Part shown: positions 1 through 8,966 of the stretch, in pieces | Layout: the number at the start of each line of letters is the position of its first letter | How positions within the stretch are numbered: the first letter of the stretch is position 1 | Assembly: GCA_044229975.1 (NCBI GenBank) | Contig: JBGARZ010000009.1 | Location: forward strand, 32,001-96,000 | Reading direction: 5' to 3' | Length of the DNA stretch: 64,000 nt | Source: Polyangiales bacterium | GTDB taxonomy: Bacteria; Myxococcota_A; Polyangia; Polyangiales; Ga0077539 | Notes under the pieces: generated by a model | Seen by the model: the letters and a program-made list of their open reading frames with translations, nothing else | Database searches by the model: none | Told to the model about the DNA's origin: nothing | Made by a program: the position numbers and the translations under genes

Positions 1-1073
1 AGCGTCCCGGCGCGCGCGGCGGCGAAGAGCTCGGTGTCGGGCATGGTTCCGGTGAGCAGGTACGACAGCTCCGAGGCGACCTCCCACGCGGTCAGTCGGT
101 ATGCCCCACCCGCGCTCACGCCAAGCTCGGCGCGGTAGAGGAAGTGGGGCGATTGCAGCATCGCGGACACCACGGCCTCGGCGCCTTCGTTGAAGCCTTC
201 GCCCGTCGCGATGGTGGTGAAGAGCCCGAGGTACCGCGTCACCTCATCGCTCGTCAGCGGGCGACGGAAGGCCCGCTCGCCGAAGCCCTCCACCATGCGC
301 CGCGCGCACGCCGCGTCGGTCGGTGACGTCGGCGTACACGGTGAGATGCGCGAGATGTCGCGGGTGGCCTCCGTCGCGATGGCCTCGCCTGCGACACGGA
401 GCTGCTCGGCCAGCAGCGGCGACACCACGAGCGAAGCGGCGTCGTTGTCGAAGCCGTCGACCACCGGGTCGGCGACGAAGCTCGCGCCGTGGTGCGCGTC
501 GACGCCGGTGAGGTCGCGCACCGTGCGGTCGTACTCGGTGGGCGTGAGGCGACGCAGCACGCGCGGGCCGGGCGTGACGGTGGTGCAGGCGGCGGGGGAG
601 GTTCCGCCGTCGCCTGTCGTGGGGTCGTCGCAGGCGGCGGTGGAAACGCGGGCGACGAAGCGTGAGAGCGCGGCGTAGTCGGTGCTGCCGGGAGGCGTGA
701 TGGTTCCGCCGGTGTGGCCCATGGGGTGGAGACCGGCGGGGCGCAGGAGCAGCAGCGGCGTGTCGGCGAGGCGTGCGGTGGCGACGGCGCGAGCGGCCCG
801 GAAGTTGTGATCGAGCCAGTCGGGTTGCCCCTCGGCGCGCAGCACGAGGCGGGTCGCGCGCGCAGGCCCGGCGGCGTTGTGGCAGCCGACGCAGCGCAGG
901 CTCATCAGCGGCGACCACAGCTCGCGGCGAAACGACTGGAGGTCAGCGTCGCAGACGGGGTCGTTGGAGGCGCCGTCGGGGAGCGTCGCGAGCGGAGCCG
1001 CGTCACCGCCCGCGGCGGGGTCGCTGGAGCAGCCGAGAGCGAGCAGCGCGGCGAGGGCCAGGAGGCGGGTCAC
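1..1073 (-). CDS. DUF1592/DUF1595/DUF1587-family lipoprotein with a CxxCH heme motif (runs off the window start)
   Basis: Translated by hand from the GTG at 1073, which overlaps the upstream stop: lipobox LALGC, CVGCH, LRRLTPTEYDRTVRDL, GFDN, LTAWEVASELSYLLTGTMPD. Absent from the ORF track because no stop falls inside the window. Confidence 0.85.
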   Translation of the reverse strand, partial: MTRLLALAALLALGCSSDPAAGGDAAPLATLPDGASNDPVCDADLQSFRRELWSPLMSLRCVGCHNAAGPARATRLVLRAEGQPDWLDHNFRAARAVATARLADTPLLLLRPAGLHPMGHTGGTITPPGSTDYAALSRFVARVSTAACDDPTTGDGGTSPAACTTVTPGPRVLRRLTPTEYDRTVRDLTGVDAHHGASFVADPVVDGFDNDAASLVVSPLLAEQLRVAGEAIATEATRDISRISPCTPTSPTDAACARRMVEGFGERAFRRPLTSDEVTRYLGLFTTIATGEGFNEGAEAVVSAMLQSPHFLYRAELGVSAGGAYRLTAWEVASELSYLLTGTMPDTELFAAARAGT

Positions 1074-2371
1074 GAGAGCAGCCCCGGCAGCGGACCGGCG
1101 CCGCGCGACGGGTCGCCGAAGGTCGGGTTGTCCATGCCCATCGCGTGGCAGAGCGACACCAGCAGCCGTTGATGAGGCACGTGCGAGAGCTGGAGGTAGC
1201 GATCGGTGACCAGGCGCCCGCCCGCTCCACCCGCGAGCACGAAGGGGACGGAGAAGCAGTCGTGCAGGCGGCTGTCGCCCATCTCCTTGGCCCACACCAC
1301 GAGCGAGTGATCGAGCATGGAGCCGCTGCCGCCCGGCTCGGGGAGCTCGGCCATCTGCGCCACCAGCCACGCGAACTGCTCGGCGAACCACCGCTCGGCC
1401 TGGACGAACTGCGCCACGCCCGACGCGTTGCCGTCGCCCATGTGCGAGAGCGCGTGGTGCCCCTCACCCAGCCCCAGCCAGGTGAAGACGTGCGGCGCCA
1501 CGGTGTGCGCCCATTGGATGGACGCCACCTTCGTCGCCCCGCATGACAGCGCCGCGAGCAGGAGCTGCATCTGCGATCGACCGACGGGCGGAAGGTTGTC
1601 GTTGGCGCGGTGGTCGAGCTCGGTGATGACGGGCGGCGCGCAGGTGGCCGACGGCGCGGACGGTCCTGCGAGGGAGACCTCGACGCGGCGGAGCGATTCG
1701 AGGTGGGCGTCGAGCTTGCGGCGTTCGTCGGCGCCGACGCGGGACTGGAGGTCGCGGAGGTCACCGCGCACGAGGTCGAGAACGCTCTGCCGTCGCGAGC
1801 GCATCGCGTCGACCATGCCGGGCACCGGAGCCATCGAGGCGAAGAGTCGGCGGTAGACGCTCGCGGGCTCGTCGTCGGGCGGAACGAAGCTGCCCGGCCC
1901 CGAGTACGACATGCGCGTCTGGGTGTTGCCGCCCCACGCGCTCGTCTGGACGCCGAGTTCGAGGGAGGAGAGGCGGGAGGAGGTTCCTACGGCGCGGGCG
2001 ATGTACTGGTCGACGGAGAGGCCCGCGGAGGGGGACGACGCGTCGCCGCTGCCGGTGAGCATTGCGGCCATGCCGCCCTCGTGGTTGCTGGCGCCGACGA
2101 AGTCGATGCCGTCGAGCACCACGAGGTGCCGCTTCACCGCCGCGAGCGGCTCCATGATGGAGCCCGCGGGGAACGACCACGTCGACCCGGAGGTGGTCGG
2201 GCGCCAGTGGCGGTGGATGGTTCCGTTGGGGGAGAAGAAGAGGACGAGGCGGCGGGCGCCCATCGCGGAGCCGGCGTGCGATGCGCGGCGGAAGGGCGCG
2301 AGGAAGGGCGCCGCGACGGCCGCGAGGGCGGCTCCGTACACGAAGGTTCGACGGCCGATGCGGGTCTCCAT
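1070..2371 (-). CDS. DUF1552 (HXXSHH) family protein with a Tat-like signal
   Basis: METRIGRRTFV leader; LFFSPNGT, SVDQYIA, SLELGV, RRQSVLD, KLDAHLESLR, HHALSH motifs; usual partner of DUF1592 genes. Confidence 0.88.
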   Translation of the reverse strand: METRIGRRTFVYGAALAAVAAPFLAPFRRASHAGSAMGARRLVLFFSPNGTIHRHWRPTTSGSTWSFPAGSIMEPLAAVKRHLVVLDGIDFVGASNHEGGMAAMLTGSGDASSPSAGLSVDQYIARAVGTSSRLSSLELGVQTSAWGGNTQTRMSYSGPGSFVPPDDEPASVYRRLFASMAPVPGMVDAMRSRRQSVLDLVRGDLRDLQSRVGADERRKLDAHLESLRRVEVSLAGPSAPSATCAPPVITELDHRANDNLPPVGRSQMQLLLAALSCGATKVASIQWAHTVAPHVFTWLGLGEGHHALSHMGDGNASGVAQFVQAERWFAEQFAWLVAQMAELPEPGGSGSMLDHSLVVWAKEMGDSRLHDCFSVPFVLAGGAGGRLVTDRYLQLSHVPHQRLLVSLCHAMGMDNPTFGDPSRGAGPLPGLLS

Positions 2372-2481
2372 GCAAGGCCACCATACACGCGAGCGGCGGC
2401 GGTCGGCATGACGACGCTCTCCGACGATGGCCCGACGCGCCCTTGACGAGACGACGTCGACGGAGATCCGATCGGCCCACG

Positions 2482-2754
2482 ATGAGTGACCCGCTGTGCC
2501 CCTGTCCCAACTGCTATCGCCACGTGCGCACCAGCAGCACGTCCTGTCCGTTCTGCGGCGATGCACGGCGCGTCGACGGCGTCGCGTGGGGGCGCGTCGG
2601 CACCGGGGTGATCCTCGCGGTGGCCGCGAGCGCGGCGCTGCACGCCTGCTACGGCGCGCCGGCACCGTGCCCGATCGATCAGTGCGACTACGACCGCGAC
2701 GCGCAGACGGACAGTGGCGCCGACGCGTCGACCGACGTGGCCGGCGATCGCTGA
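2482..2754 (+). CDS. Small protein: N-terminal zinc ribbon (CPNC..CPFC), hydrophobic segment, C-YGAP motif, acidic tail
   Basis: ATG at 2482 gives MSDPLCPCPNCYRHVRTSSTSCPFCG...VILAVAASAALHACYGAPAPC. Confidence 0.7.
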   Translation: MSDPLCPCPNCYRHVRTSSTSCPFCGDARRVDGVAWGRVGTGVILAVAASAALHACYGAPAPCPIDQCDYDRDAQTDSGADASTDVAGDR

Positions 2755-2843
2755 CAGGCCCCGGGGGTCCCGCCACGGGTCGATCACGATTCGGCCGGAC
2801 GTTTGGAGCGGACCCTGGCGCCGTGTCTTGCGTCCCCGCGCCC

Positions 2844-4019
2844 CTATCGCCCGCTCCCCTCGCACCGCGTAACTGGCGGAACGAACACCGTCATCACCTC
2901 GCCACACCGGCACGGCAGGTACACGCTCCCCACGAAGGCGCGCATGTTGCGCTGCGATTCCATCTCTTCGCCGCGCCCCTGCTTCACCAGCAGCGTGCGC
3001 TTGCGAAACGTCACCGCGAGCCCGTCGCTCTCGTGCCTCCCGCCAATGGCTGCGTCGTCAAACGCGCCCAGCAGCGTGAACATCCCCTCCTCGCGCAGCT
3101 TCCTCCGCGTCGGCGAGCGAAAGCCCTTCGACACCTGCAACACCGGGTCGAGCTGCGGCATGTCCCCGTGGCTCGGCAGCGTCTTCACCACGCGCAGCGA
3201 CTCGTCGCCGTAGTAGTGGATGCCCGGCCGCCCATACAGCCGGAAGAAGTACGGGACATCCCCGCGCGCCATCTGCTCGCTCTCCCCATCGAGCAACGGC
3301 GGCCACGGCGGAACCGACCGCGCCCGCACATAGTCCCCCGTCCCGCGAAGACACACCCGGATGGGCGTCTCGCGCAGCCCGGGCAGCGCCGCAAACACCC
3401 CCGCGATCGTCTCCGCGTGTCGATCGAGAATCGCGAGCGTCGCGAGGTACGCCGCCGCCATCGCGACGAGGTCTCCGCCATCGACAGGCTTCCCCAGGTA
3501 CGGCAGCACCCGACGAACACCCGCCGCGTGTCGGCACACCTCCGCGTACTCGGGGTCGGCGTCGGGCAGCAGCTTGGTCTCCGTCGGCATCGACAGGTCG
3601 GCCAGGATCATCTCGACATCGAGCGGCGTGAACACCACGCGCCCATCGCTCGCGAGACCGAGCACGAGGTTTTCCCAGTGCAGATCGGAGACGCCGAGCC
3701 AGCTCCAGAGCGCCACGGCACGACCGGTGATCTGCGCGAGCGCGCGTCGGTCATCGCCGCGGGTCATGGGCAACGGCGCGAGCGTCACGCTCTCCACTTC
3801 GCCCTCGTCGCGCGACTCCGGGTGGCGAAACTCCAGCGATGGCAGGAAGCCGAAGACGCCCGGGGCGATACCGTCGAGGCATCGCCGCAGCGGGCTGTCG
3901 GCGGAGAGCACCAGCCACTCCCAGAAGACGCTGCGCGGCTTGGCGATGCGCCCGTCGCGACGAGACACCCGTCGGCCGAAGTTGTGGGAGTCGCCGAGGT
4001 CGGTGCGCTCGTGGGTCAT
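2844..4019 (-). CDS. Stand-alone LanM N-terminal (DUF4135) dehydratase/kinase-like domain protein
   Basis: LanM-type motifs in order: GDSHNFGRRV, KPRS, DLHWENL, PLDVEMIL, RVCLRGTGDY, EQMARGDVPYF. Only 391 aa, with no LanC domain. Confidence 0.75.
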   Translation of the reverse strand: MTHERTDLGDSHNFGRRVSRRDGRIAKPRSVFWEWLVLSADSPLRRCLDGIAPGVFGFLPSLEFRHPESRDEGEVESVTLAPLPMTRGDDRRALAQITGRAVALWSWLGVSDLHWENLVLGLASDGRVVFTPLDVEMILADLSMPTETKLLPDADPEYAEVCRHAAGVRRVLPYLGKPVDGGDLVAMAAAYLATLAILDRHAETIAGVFAALPGLRETPIRVCLRGTGDYVRARSVPPWPPLLDGESEQMARGDVPYFFRLYGRPGIHYYGDESLRVVKTLPSHGDMPQLDPVLQVSKGFRSPTRRKLREEGMFTLLGAFDDAAIGGRHESDGLAVTFRKRTLLVKQGRGEEMESQRNMRAFVGSVYLPCRCGEVMTVFVPPVTRCEGSGR

Positions 4020-4087
4020 TGGGCGGCGCGACCTTACCGCGAGGCCGCGCGCGTGCGCCCGCTCCGTCGATGTGATGCACTCGGTCG

Positions 4088-5008
4088 ATGTCCGACGGCG
4101 TCACCCTCGATCAGCTCCGCACCCTGCGCGCCGTCGCCGAGGAGGGCAGCTTCTCCGCCGCGGCCCGCAAGCTCGGACGCGTTCAGGCAGCCGTCAGCCA
4201 GTCCATCGACCGCCTCGAAGCCCAGCTCGGATTGCGCCTCTTCGATCGCACCTCGCGCACCCCGACGCTCACCCGCCACGGCGAGGCCCTCGTCGCCATG
4301 GCCACCAGGGTGCACGACGAGGTGGAGGGCTTCGACGCACTCGTCGCAACCCTCAAGGGCGGCGCCGAGACGAAGCTCTCGATCGTGGTCGACGTGATGT
4401 TTCCGATGGAGGCGCTGGTCGGCTTCGCGCGCGAGTTCGCCGACGCGCACCCGGCCGTCGAGCTCACGCTGCACACCGAGACCCTCTCCGCCGTCACCGC
4501 GCTCGTGCGTGATCGCCGCGCTGCCCTTGGCGTCGCCAGCATCGACACCGACGTCGCCGACCTCGACCAGCGCCACGTCACGGACATCCGCCTCGTCCCC
4601 GTCGCGTCGCCCGCTCACCCGCTCGCCGCCATCGACGGTGCCGTCGCCAAGGCAGACCTCGCGCGCACCATGCAGATCGTCCTCAGCGAGCGCCTCTCCG
4701 GCGGGCGCCGCGGCGCTGATGACCGGGGCGTTCTGTCGGACCGCACCTGGCGCGTCGATGACCTCGCGACCAAGCACGCCCTCATCGCCGCGGGGCTCGG
4801 GTGGGGACACCTGCCGGAGCACGTCGTTCGCGCTGACCTGAAGTCTGGTCGCCTCGTCGCGCTGCGGCTCGACGCGTGGGGCCCCGAAGCACCGCTACGA
4901 TCGCTGTTCCTGGTGCGGCGTCAGGGCGGAGTGCTCGGGCCGGTGGCGCAGTGGTCGGCCGCACGCCTCGTCGACCTCTGCCGCGGAGCCGTCGATCACG
5001 TCACGTGA
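4088..5008 (+). CDS. LysR family transcriptional regulator
   Basis: TLDQLRTLRAVAEEGSFSAAARKLGRVQAAVSQSIDRLEAQLGLRLFDR HTH plus substrate-binding domain. Confidence 0.95.
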   Translation: MSDGVTLDQLRTLRAVAEEGSFSAAARKLGRVQAAVSQSIDRLEAQLGLRLFDRTSRTPTLTRHGEALVAMATRVHDEVEGFDALVATLKGGAETKLSIVVDVMFPMEALVGFAREFADAHPAVELTLHTETLSAVTALVRDRRAALGVASIDTDVADLDQRHVTDIRLVPVASPAHPLAAIDGAVAKADLARTMQIVLSERLSGGRRGADDRGVLSDRTWRVDDLATKHALIAAGLGWGHLPEHVVRADLKSGRLVALRLDAWGPEAPLRSLFLVRRQGGVLGPVAQWSAARLVDLCRGAVDHVT

Positions 5009-5068
5009 TGGTGGGCATCACCCGGTCGCGCGTTTCGCTCCATCGTCCAGCGACCGACCATCACTGGC

Positions 5069-5989
5069 ATGAACACCTCAACCGAGACCCTTCGTTCGAC
5101 CGAGACCCGTCCTTCCACCAACGGGGTTCGCTCCGTCGAGGCCATCCACCGCGGTAGCCCCTTTCACTGGGTGGGCGACGGGTTTCGCGTCTCCAGCTTC
5201 TTCCCGACGCGCGCGCTCCCGGCCGAGCGGGTGAGCCCGTTTCTGCTGATGGACTACCACCCCGCGCACGAGTACCCCGCGCTCGCGCAGGGTCAGCGCG
5301 GCGTCGGTTGGCACCCCCACCGCGGCTTCGAGACGGTCACCCTCGCGTGGCAGGGATCGGTCGCCCACCGCGACACCGCCGGTCACGCGGGCGTCATCGG
5401 ACCGGGTGATGTCCAATGGATGACCGCTGCCTCGGGCGTTCTCCACGAGGAGTACCACGAGCGCGATTTCTCTCGGCGCGGCGGGGTGTTTCAGATGATG
5501 CAGCTCTGGGTCAACCTGCCCGCGAAGGACAAGATGACCGCGCCCGACTACCAGGGCATCACCGCGGCCGACATCCCCGTGGTGACGCGCGACGGCGCCT
5601 CGGTGCGGGTCGTCGCGGGCGAGTTCGAAGGGGCGCACGGACCAGCGCGAACCCACAGCCCCGTGACCATGCTCGACGTGCGGATGGAGGCGGGCGCGAC
5701 GCTCTCGTTGCCGCTGCCCGCGGGTCACAACGCGCTGGTGCTGGTCGCAGAAGGCAGCGTCGCGTCGGGCGGTCGGAAGGCCGACGTGCGGGAGCTGATG
5801 CTCTTCGCCAACGACGGCGAGCGCGCGGTGGTGACCGCCGAGAGCGCCGCGCACTTCGTGGTGCTGGCGGGTGAAGCCCTCAACGAACCCGTCGTCGCCT
5901 ACGGACCCTTCGTGATGAACACCGACCGCGAGATCGTGCAGGCGATGCAGGACTTCAACGCCGGGAAGTTCGGCCGCATCCCGGAGTGA
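5069..5989 (+). CDS. Pirin family protein
   Basis: PFLLMD, HPHRGFETVT, GDVQWMTAASGVLHEE, QLWVNLP, GPFVMNT. Confidence 0.95.
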   Translation: MNTSTETLRSTETRPSTNGVRSVEAIHRGSPFHWVGDGFRVSSFFPTRALPAERVSPFLLMDYHPAHEYPALAQGQRGVGWHPHRGFETVTLAWQGSVAHRDTAGHAGVIGPGDVQWMTAASGVLHEEYHERDFSRRGGVFQMMQLWVNLPAKDKMTAPDYQGITAADIPVVTRDGASVRVVAGEFEGAHGPARTHSPVTMLDVRMEAGATLSLPLPAGHNALVLVAEGSVASGGRKADVRELMLFANDGERAVVTAESAAHFVVLAGEALNEPVVAYGPFVMNTDREIVQAMQDFNAGKFGRIPE

Positions 5990-5997
5990 GCGGCTTC

Positions 5998-6076
5998 AGA
6001 CCCATCCGTCTGAAGGTCATCGCGCCCGGCCCGCCGCGGCTTGAAAACCCACGACGGCCTTCAGGGGGATGGGTCT
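5998..6076. repeat. Imperfect 25-bp inverted repeat between the convergent pirin and CHRD genes (possible bidirectional terminator or REP-like hairpin)
   Basis: AGACCCATCCGTCTGAAGGTCATCG (5998-6022) against CGACGGCCTTCAGGGGGATGGGTCT (6052-6076), 4 mismatches. Confidence 0.6.
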
Positions 6077-7296
6077 CAGAACCCCACCCGACGCACCAGC
6101 CCGCCCACCTCTCCGCCCGGAAACCCCGTCGACGCCGCGCTCACGTGCACGGCGTTTTCAGGCAGACGCGGCAGCAGTCGCGAGCCCTGCTCCAGCATCG
6201 ACAATCCGTTGAAGGCGCGGTCGCTCGTGCGGAGCTGCAACAGCACCTCGCCGTCGCTGTCGCGCAGCGTGACCGCCGTGGGGCGCACGTCCGTCACGAG
6301 CCCGTCGTAGCGCACGCGGTCGCGGTCGACGCCCACGATGATGCTCAAGCTCCCGTAGCCCGTGCTGTTCACCGGCGGAACTGCCTCGTCGCCGCTCATC
6401 CGCGCCACGTACAGCTCCTCGCCAGGACGCAGGATCTGTCCCCGCATCTCCCCCGTCGGGAAGCGCGCGCTGCCGACGTGGATGTACCAACGACCGGCGT
6501 CGAGGTCCTGCGTCGAGGTGATGGTGCGCGCGCCCGCGAGCAGCGGCGCCGGCGGCGTCTTCGGGTCGGTCAGGTCGACCGCCACCGGACCATCGGCGCC
6601 GGCCGGAGCGACGCGGATGTCCACCGCGATCGGCGACACCGTCATGCCGCGGGTGAACATGTTGAAACGCACGCGGTTGGTCGTCCCGTCGACGAGGAGC
6701 TGCCCGAGGCCCGAGCTCGTCACGGAGGTCGGCGGGTTGACCTGATCGCCCGAGAGGCGCGCCACATAGACCAGCTCGCCCGGCCGAACCACCTGCGCGC
6801 GTACCTCCCCGTTGGGGTGCGCCTCGCTGTGGATATCGATGTACGCGGTTCCGTCTTCGAGGGCGCGAGCCTGCGCGCGGGTGACCTCGACGGTGCCCGT
6901 GAGCACGCCCGGCGTCAGCGGCAGCGTGAGCATCTCCTCGCCTGAATCACCTGCGAGGCCGAGGTGCAGGTGCGCCGCGGTCGGTGACTCGACGGTGTGC
7001 TCCAGGGTGTAGCTGAGCTGCGTGCGCTCGCCGTCGAGCGTGAAGGTCGCGGCCCCGGTGGCGCGGGTGTCGTAGACGGCCGGGACGACCTCGCGGCCCG
7101 TGAGCACGGCGTTGAGCGCCACGGCGGGCAAGACCTCGGGCGCCTCCGGGGGCGTTCCGACGGGCGGGTTGGTGACGACCGGGTCAGCGGGTGTGTCAGT
7201 GAACGTGTCGACCGACGTGACACCGGGCTCGGTGCCACACGCGGCGAGCAGCGAAAACACCGGAAGAACAAGGGCGAAACCGCGGAGGGAGGTCAT
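6076..7296 (-). CDS. Lipoprotein with tandem CHRD domains
   Basis: Lipobox LAAC; repeated L.G..EVP..G.G and YI.IH...PxGE.R.Q motifs. Confidence 0.85.
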   Translation of the reverse strand: MTSLRGFALVLPVFSLLAACGTEPGVTSVDTFTDTPADPVVTNPPVGTPPEAPEVLPAVALNAVLTGREVVPAVYDTRATGAATFTLDGERTQLSYTLEHTVESPTAAHLHLGLAGDSGEEMLTLPLTPGVLTGTVEVTRAQARALEDGTAYIDIHSEAHPNGEVRAQVVRPGELVYVARLSGDQVNPPTSVTSSGLGQLLVDGTTNRVRFNMFTRGMTVSPIAVDIRVAPAGADGPVAVDLTDPKTPPAPLLAGARTITSTQDLDAGRWYIHVGSARFPTGEMRGQILRPGEELYVARMSGDEAVPPVNSTGYGSLSIIVGVDRDRVRYDGLVTDVRPTAVTLRDSDGEVLLQLRTSDRAFNGLSMLEQGSRLLPRLPENAVHVSAASTGFPGGEVGGLVRRVGF

Positions 7297-7529
7297 GGCG
7301 AAGGCTCGCTTTCATCGCGGTCCGACGGGCGGCTGGTGAGCCCGATGGCGCGGCGTGACCTGCTGTTGCAGAGGGCGTTCCAGCGCGGGAGCTGCGGGCG
7401 TGGTGCGGTGTTGCTCGCGCGGCGCGCTGGTGAACCCGGCCACACCTGCGGCGGTCGGGAGCGGTGCCCGATTGTCCCATTCGTGCACTGTCGCGCTCCA
7501 GCTTGACACCCCCGAGGCGGTGCTCTCCC

Positions 7530-8966
7530 ATGCGCGGCATGGAGACCTCCGTGCAGCCCGCAGCCCCGCACAACCCGTACCTCGAAGGGCCCTTCAAACC
7601 CATCGAGCGCGAGCTCACCGCGACCGACCTCCCGGTCATCGGCCAGCTCCCGACCGACCTCGCGGGGATGTACGTCCGCAACGGGAGCAACCCCAAGCAC
7701 GCGCCCAAAGGGCGCTACCACTGGTTCGACGGCGACGGGATGGTGCACGGCCTCCACTTCGAGGGCGGCCGCGCGACCTACCGCAACCGCTACGTCCAGA
7801 CGGCTGGCCTGCGCGAAGAGACCGCCGCGGGTCACGCCCTCTGGACCGGCATCATGGAGGCGCCCGACTTCCGCCGCAGCGGCGGTCCCTTCAAGGACAC
7901 CGCCAACACCGACCTCGTCTTCCACGCGGGCAAGCTGATGGCCCTTTGGTGGCTCGGCGGCGCCTGCCATCACCTCTCGCTCCCGGCGCTGGAAACCCTC
8001 GGCGTGGTGGACTTCGGCAAGTCACTCCACAAGGGACTCTCGGCGCACCCGAAGGTCGATCCCGTCACCGGGGAGATGATGTTCTTTGACTATCAGCTCA
8101 CGCCCCCATTCCTCACCTACGGGGTGATCTCGGCGAACGGGGAGCTGGTGCACCAGGTTCCGATCAACCTGCCGGGCGCGCGCTTGCAGCACGACATCGC
8201 CATCACGGCGAAGCACACCATCCTCATGGACCTCCCGCTGATGTGGGACCCGGCGCTGCTCGCGCGCGGCAAGACCCGCGTTCGCTTCTATCCCGACAAG
8301 CCCGCCCGCTTCGGCATCATTCCCCGCCACGGCGGGACGAGCGAAGTGCGGTGGTTCGAGGCCGCGGCTTGTTACATGTATCACACCATCAACGCCTGGG
8401 AGGAGGGCGACGAGGTCGTGATGCTCGGCTGCCGCATCGAGAACCCGCTGCCCGAAGCGGTCGACCCGTCGCGCCCGATTCCGCGCCTCGACGCGCTCGC
8501 GCTGGAGCCGTACTTCCACGAGTGGCGCTTCAACCTCGTCACGGGCGCCGTGCGCGAGCGCAAGCTCGACGACGTGATGACGGAGTTCCCCCGAATGAAC
8601 AACGAGTTCCTGGGGAGGCCGTCGCGGTATAGCTACAACCCGCGCATCGCCCCGGCGACCACGCTGCTCTACGACGGCGTCATCAAGTACGACTCCGTGG
8701 CCAACACCTCCGTCGCTCACGGTTATGGCAAGGGGCGCTACGGCGGAGAGGTGGTCTTCGCGCCGCGGGTCGGGGCGACCGAAGAGGACGACGGATACCT
8801 CGTGACCTTCGTGCATGACGTGACCACCGACCGCGGCGAAGTGGTGGTGCTCGACGCGCGCGACGTCGGCGGAGAGCCCGTGGCGAGGGTGATGCTGCCG
8901 CAGCAGGTGCCCATCGGGTACCACTCGTGGTGGGTTCCGGCCGCGCAGATGGCGGTCTCGCGATGA
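7530..8966 (+). CDS. Carotenoid oxygenase / RPE65 / lignostilbene dioxygenase family
   Basis: NPYLEGPFKP, YVRNG.NP, HWFDGDGMVH; four His ligands in SAHPK, QHD, YHT and GYH; EFPR. Start is ATG 7530 or 7539. Confidence 0.93.
   Translation: MRGMETSVQPAAPHNPYLEGPFKPIERELTATDLPVIGQLPTDLAGMYVRNGSNPKHAPKGRYHWFDGDGMVHGLHFEGGRATYRNRYVQTAGLREETAAGHALWTGIMEAPDFRRSGGPFKDTANTDLVFHAGKLMALWWLGGACHHLSLPALETLGVVDFGKSLHKGLSAHPKVDPVTGEMMFFDYQLTPPFLTYGVISANGELVHQVPINLPGARLQHDIAITAKHTILMDLPLMWDPALLARGKTRVRFYPDKPARFGIIPRHGGTSEVRWFEAAACYMYHTINAWEEGDEVVMLGCRIENPLPEAVDPSRPIPRLDALALEPYFHEWRFNLVTGAVRERKLDDVMTEFPRMNNEFLGRPSRYSYNPRIAPATTLLYDGVIKYDSVANTSVAHGYGKGRYGGEVVFAPRVGATEEDDGYLVTFVHDVTTDRGEVVVLDARDVGGEPVARVMLPQQVPIGYHSWWVPAAQMAVSR

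Noticed and set aside
2482..4019. Complete class II lanthipeptide cluster
   Set aside because: No LanC domain, double-glycine leader precursor, transporter or protease.
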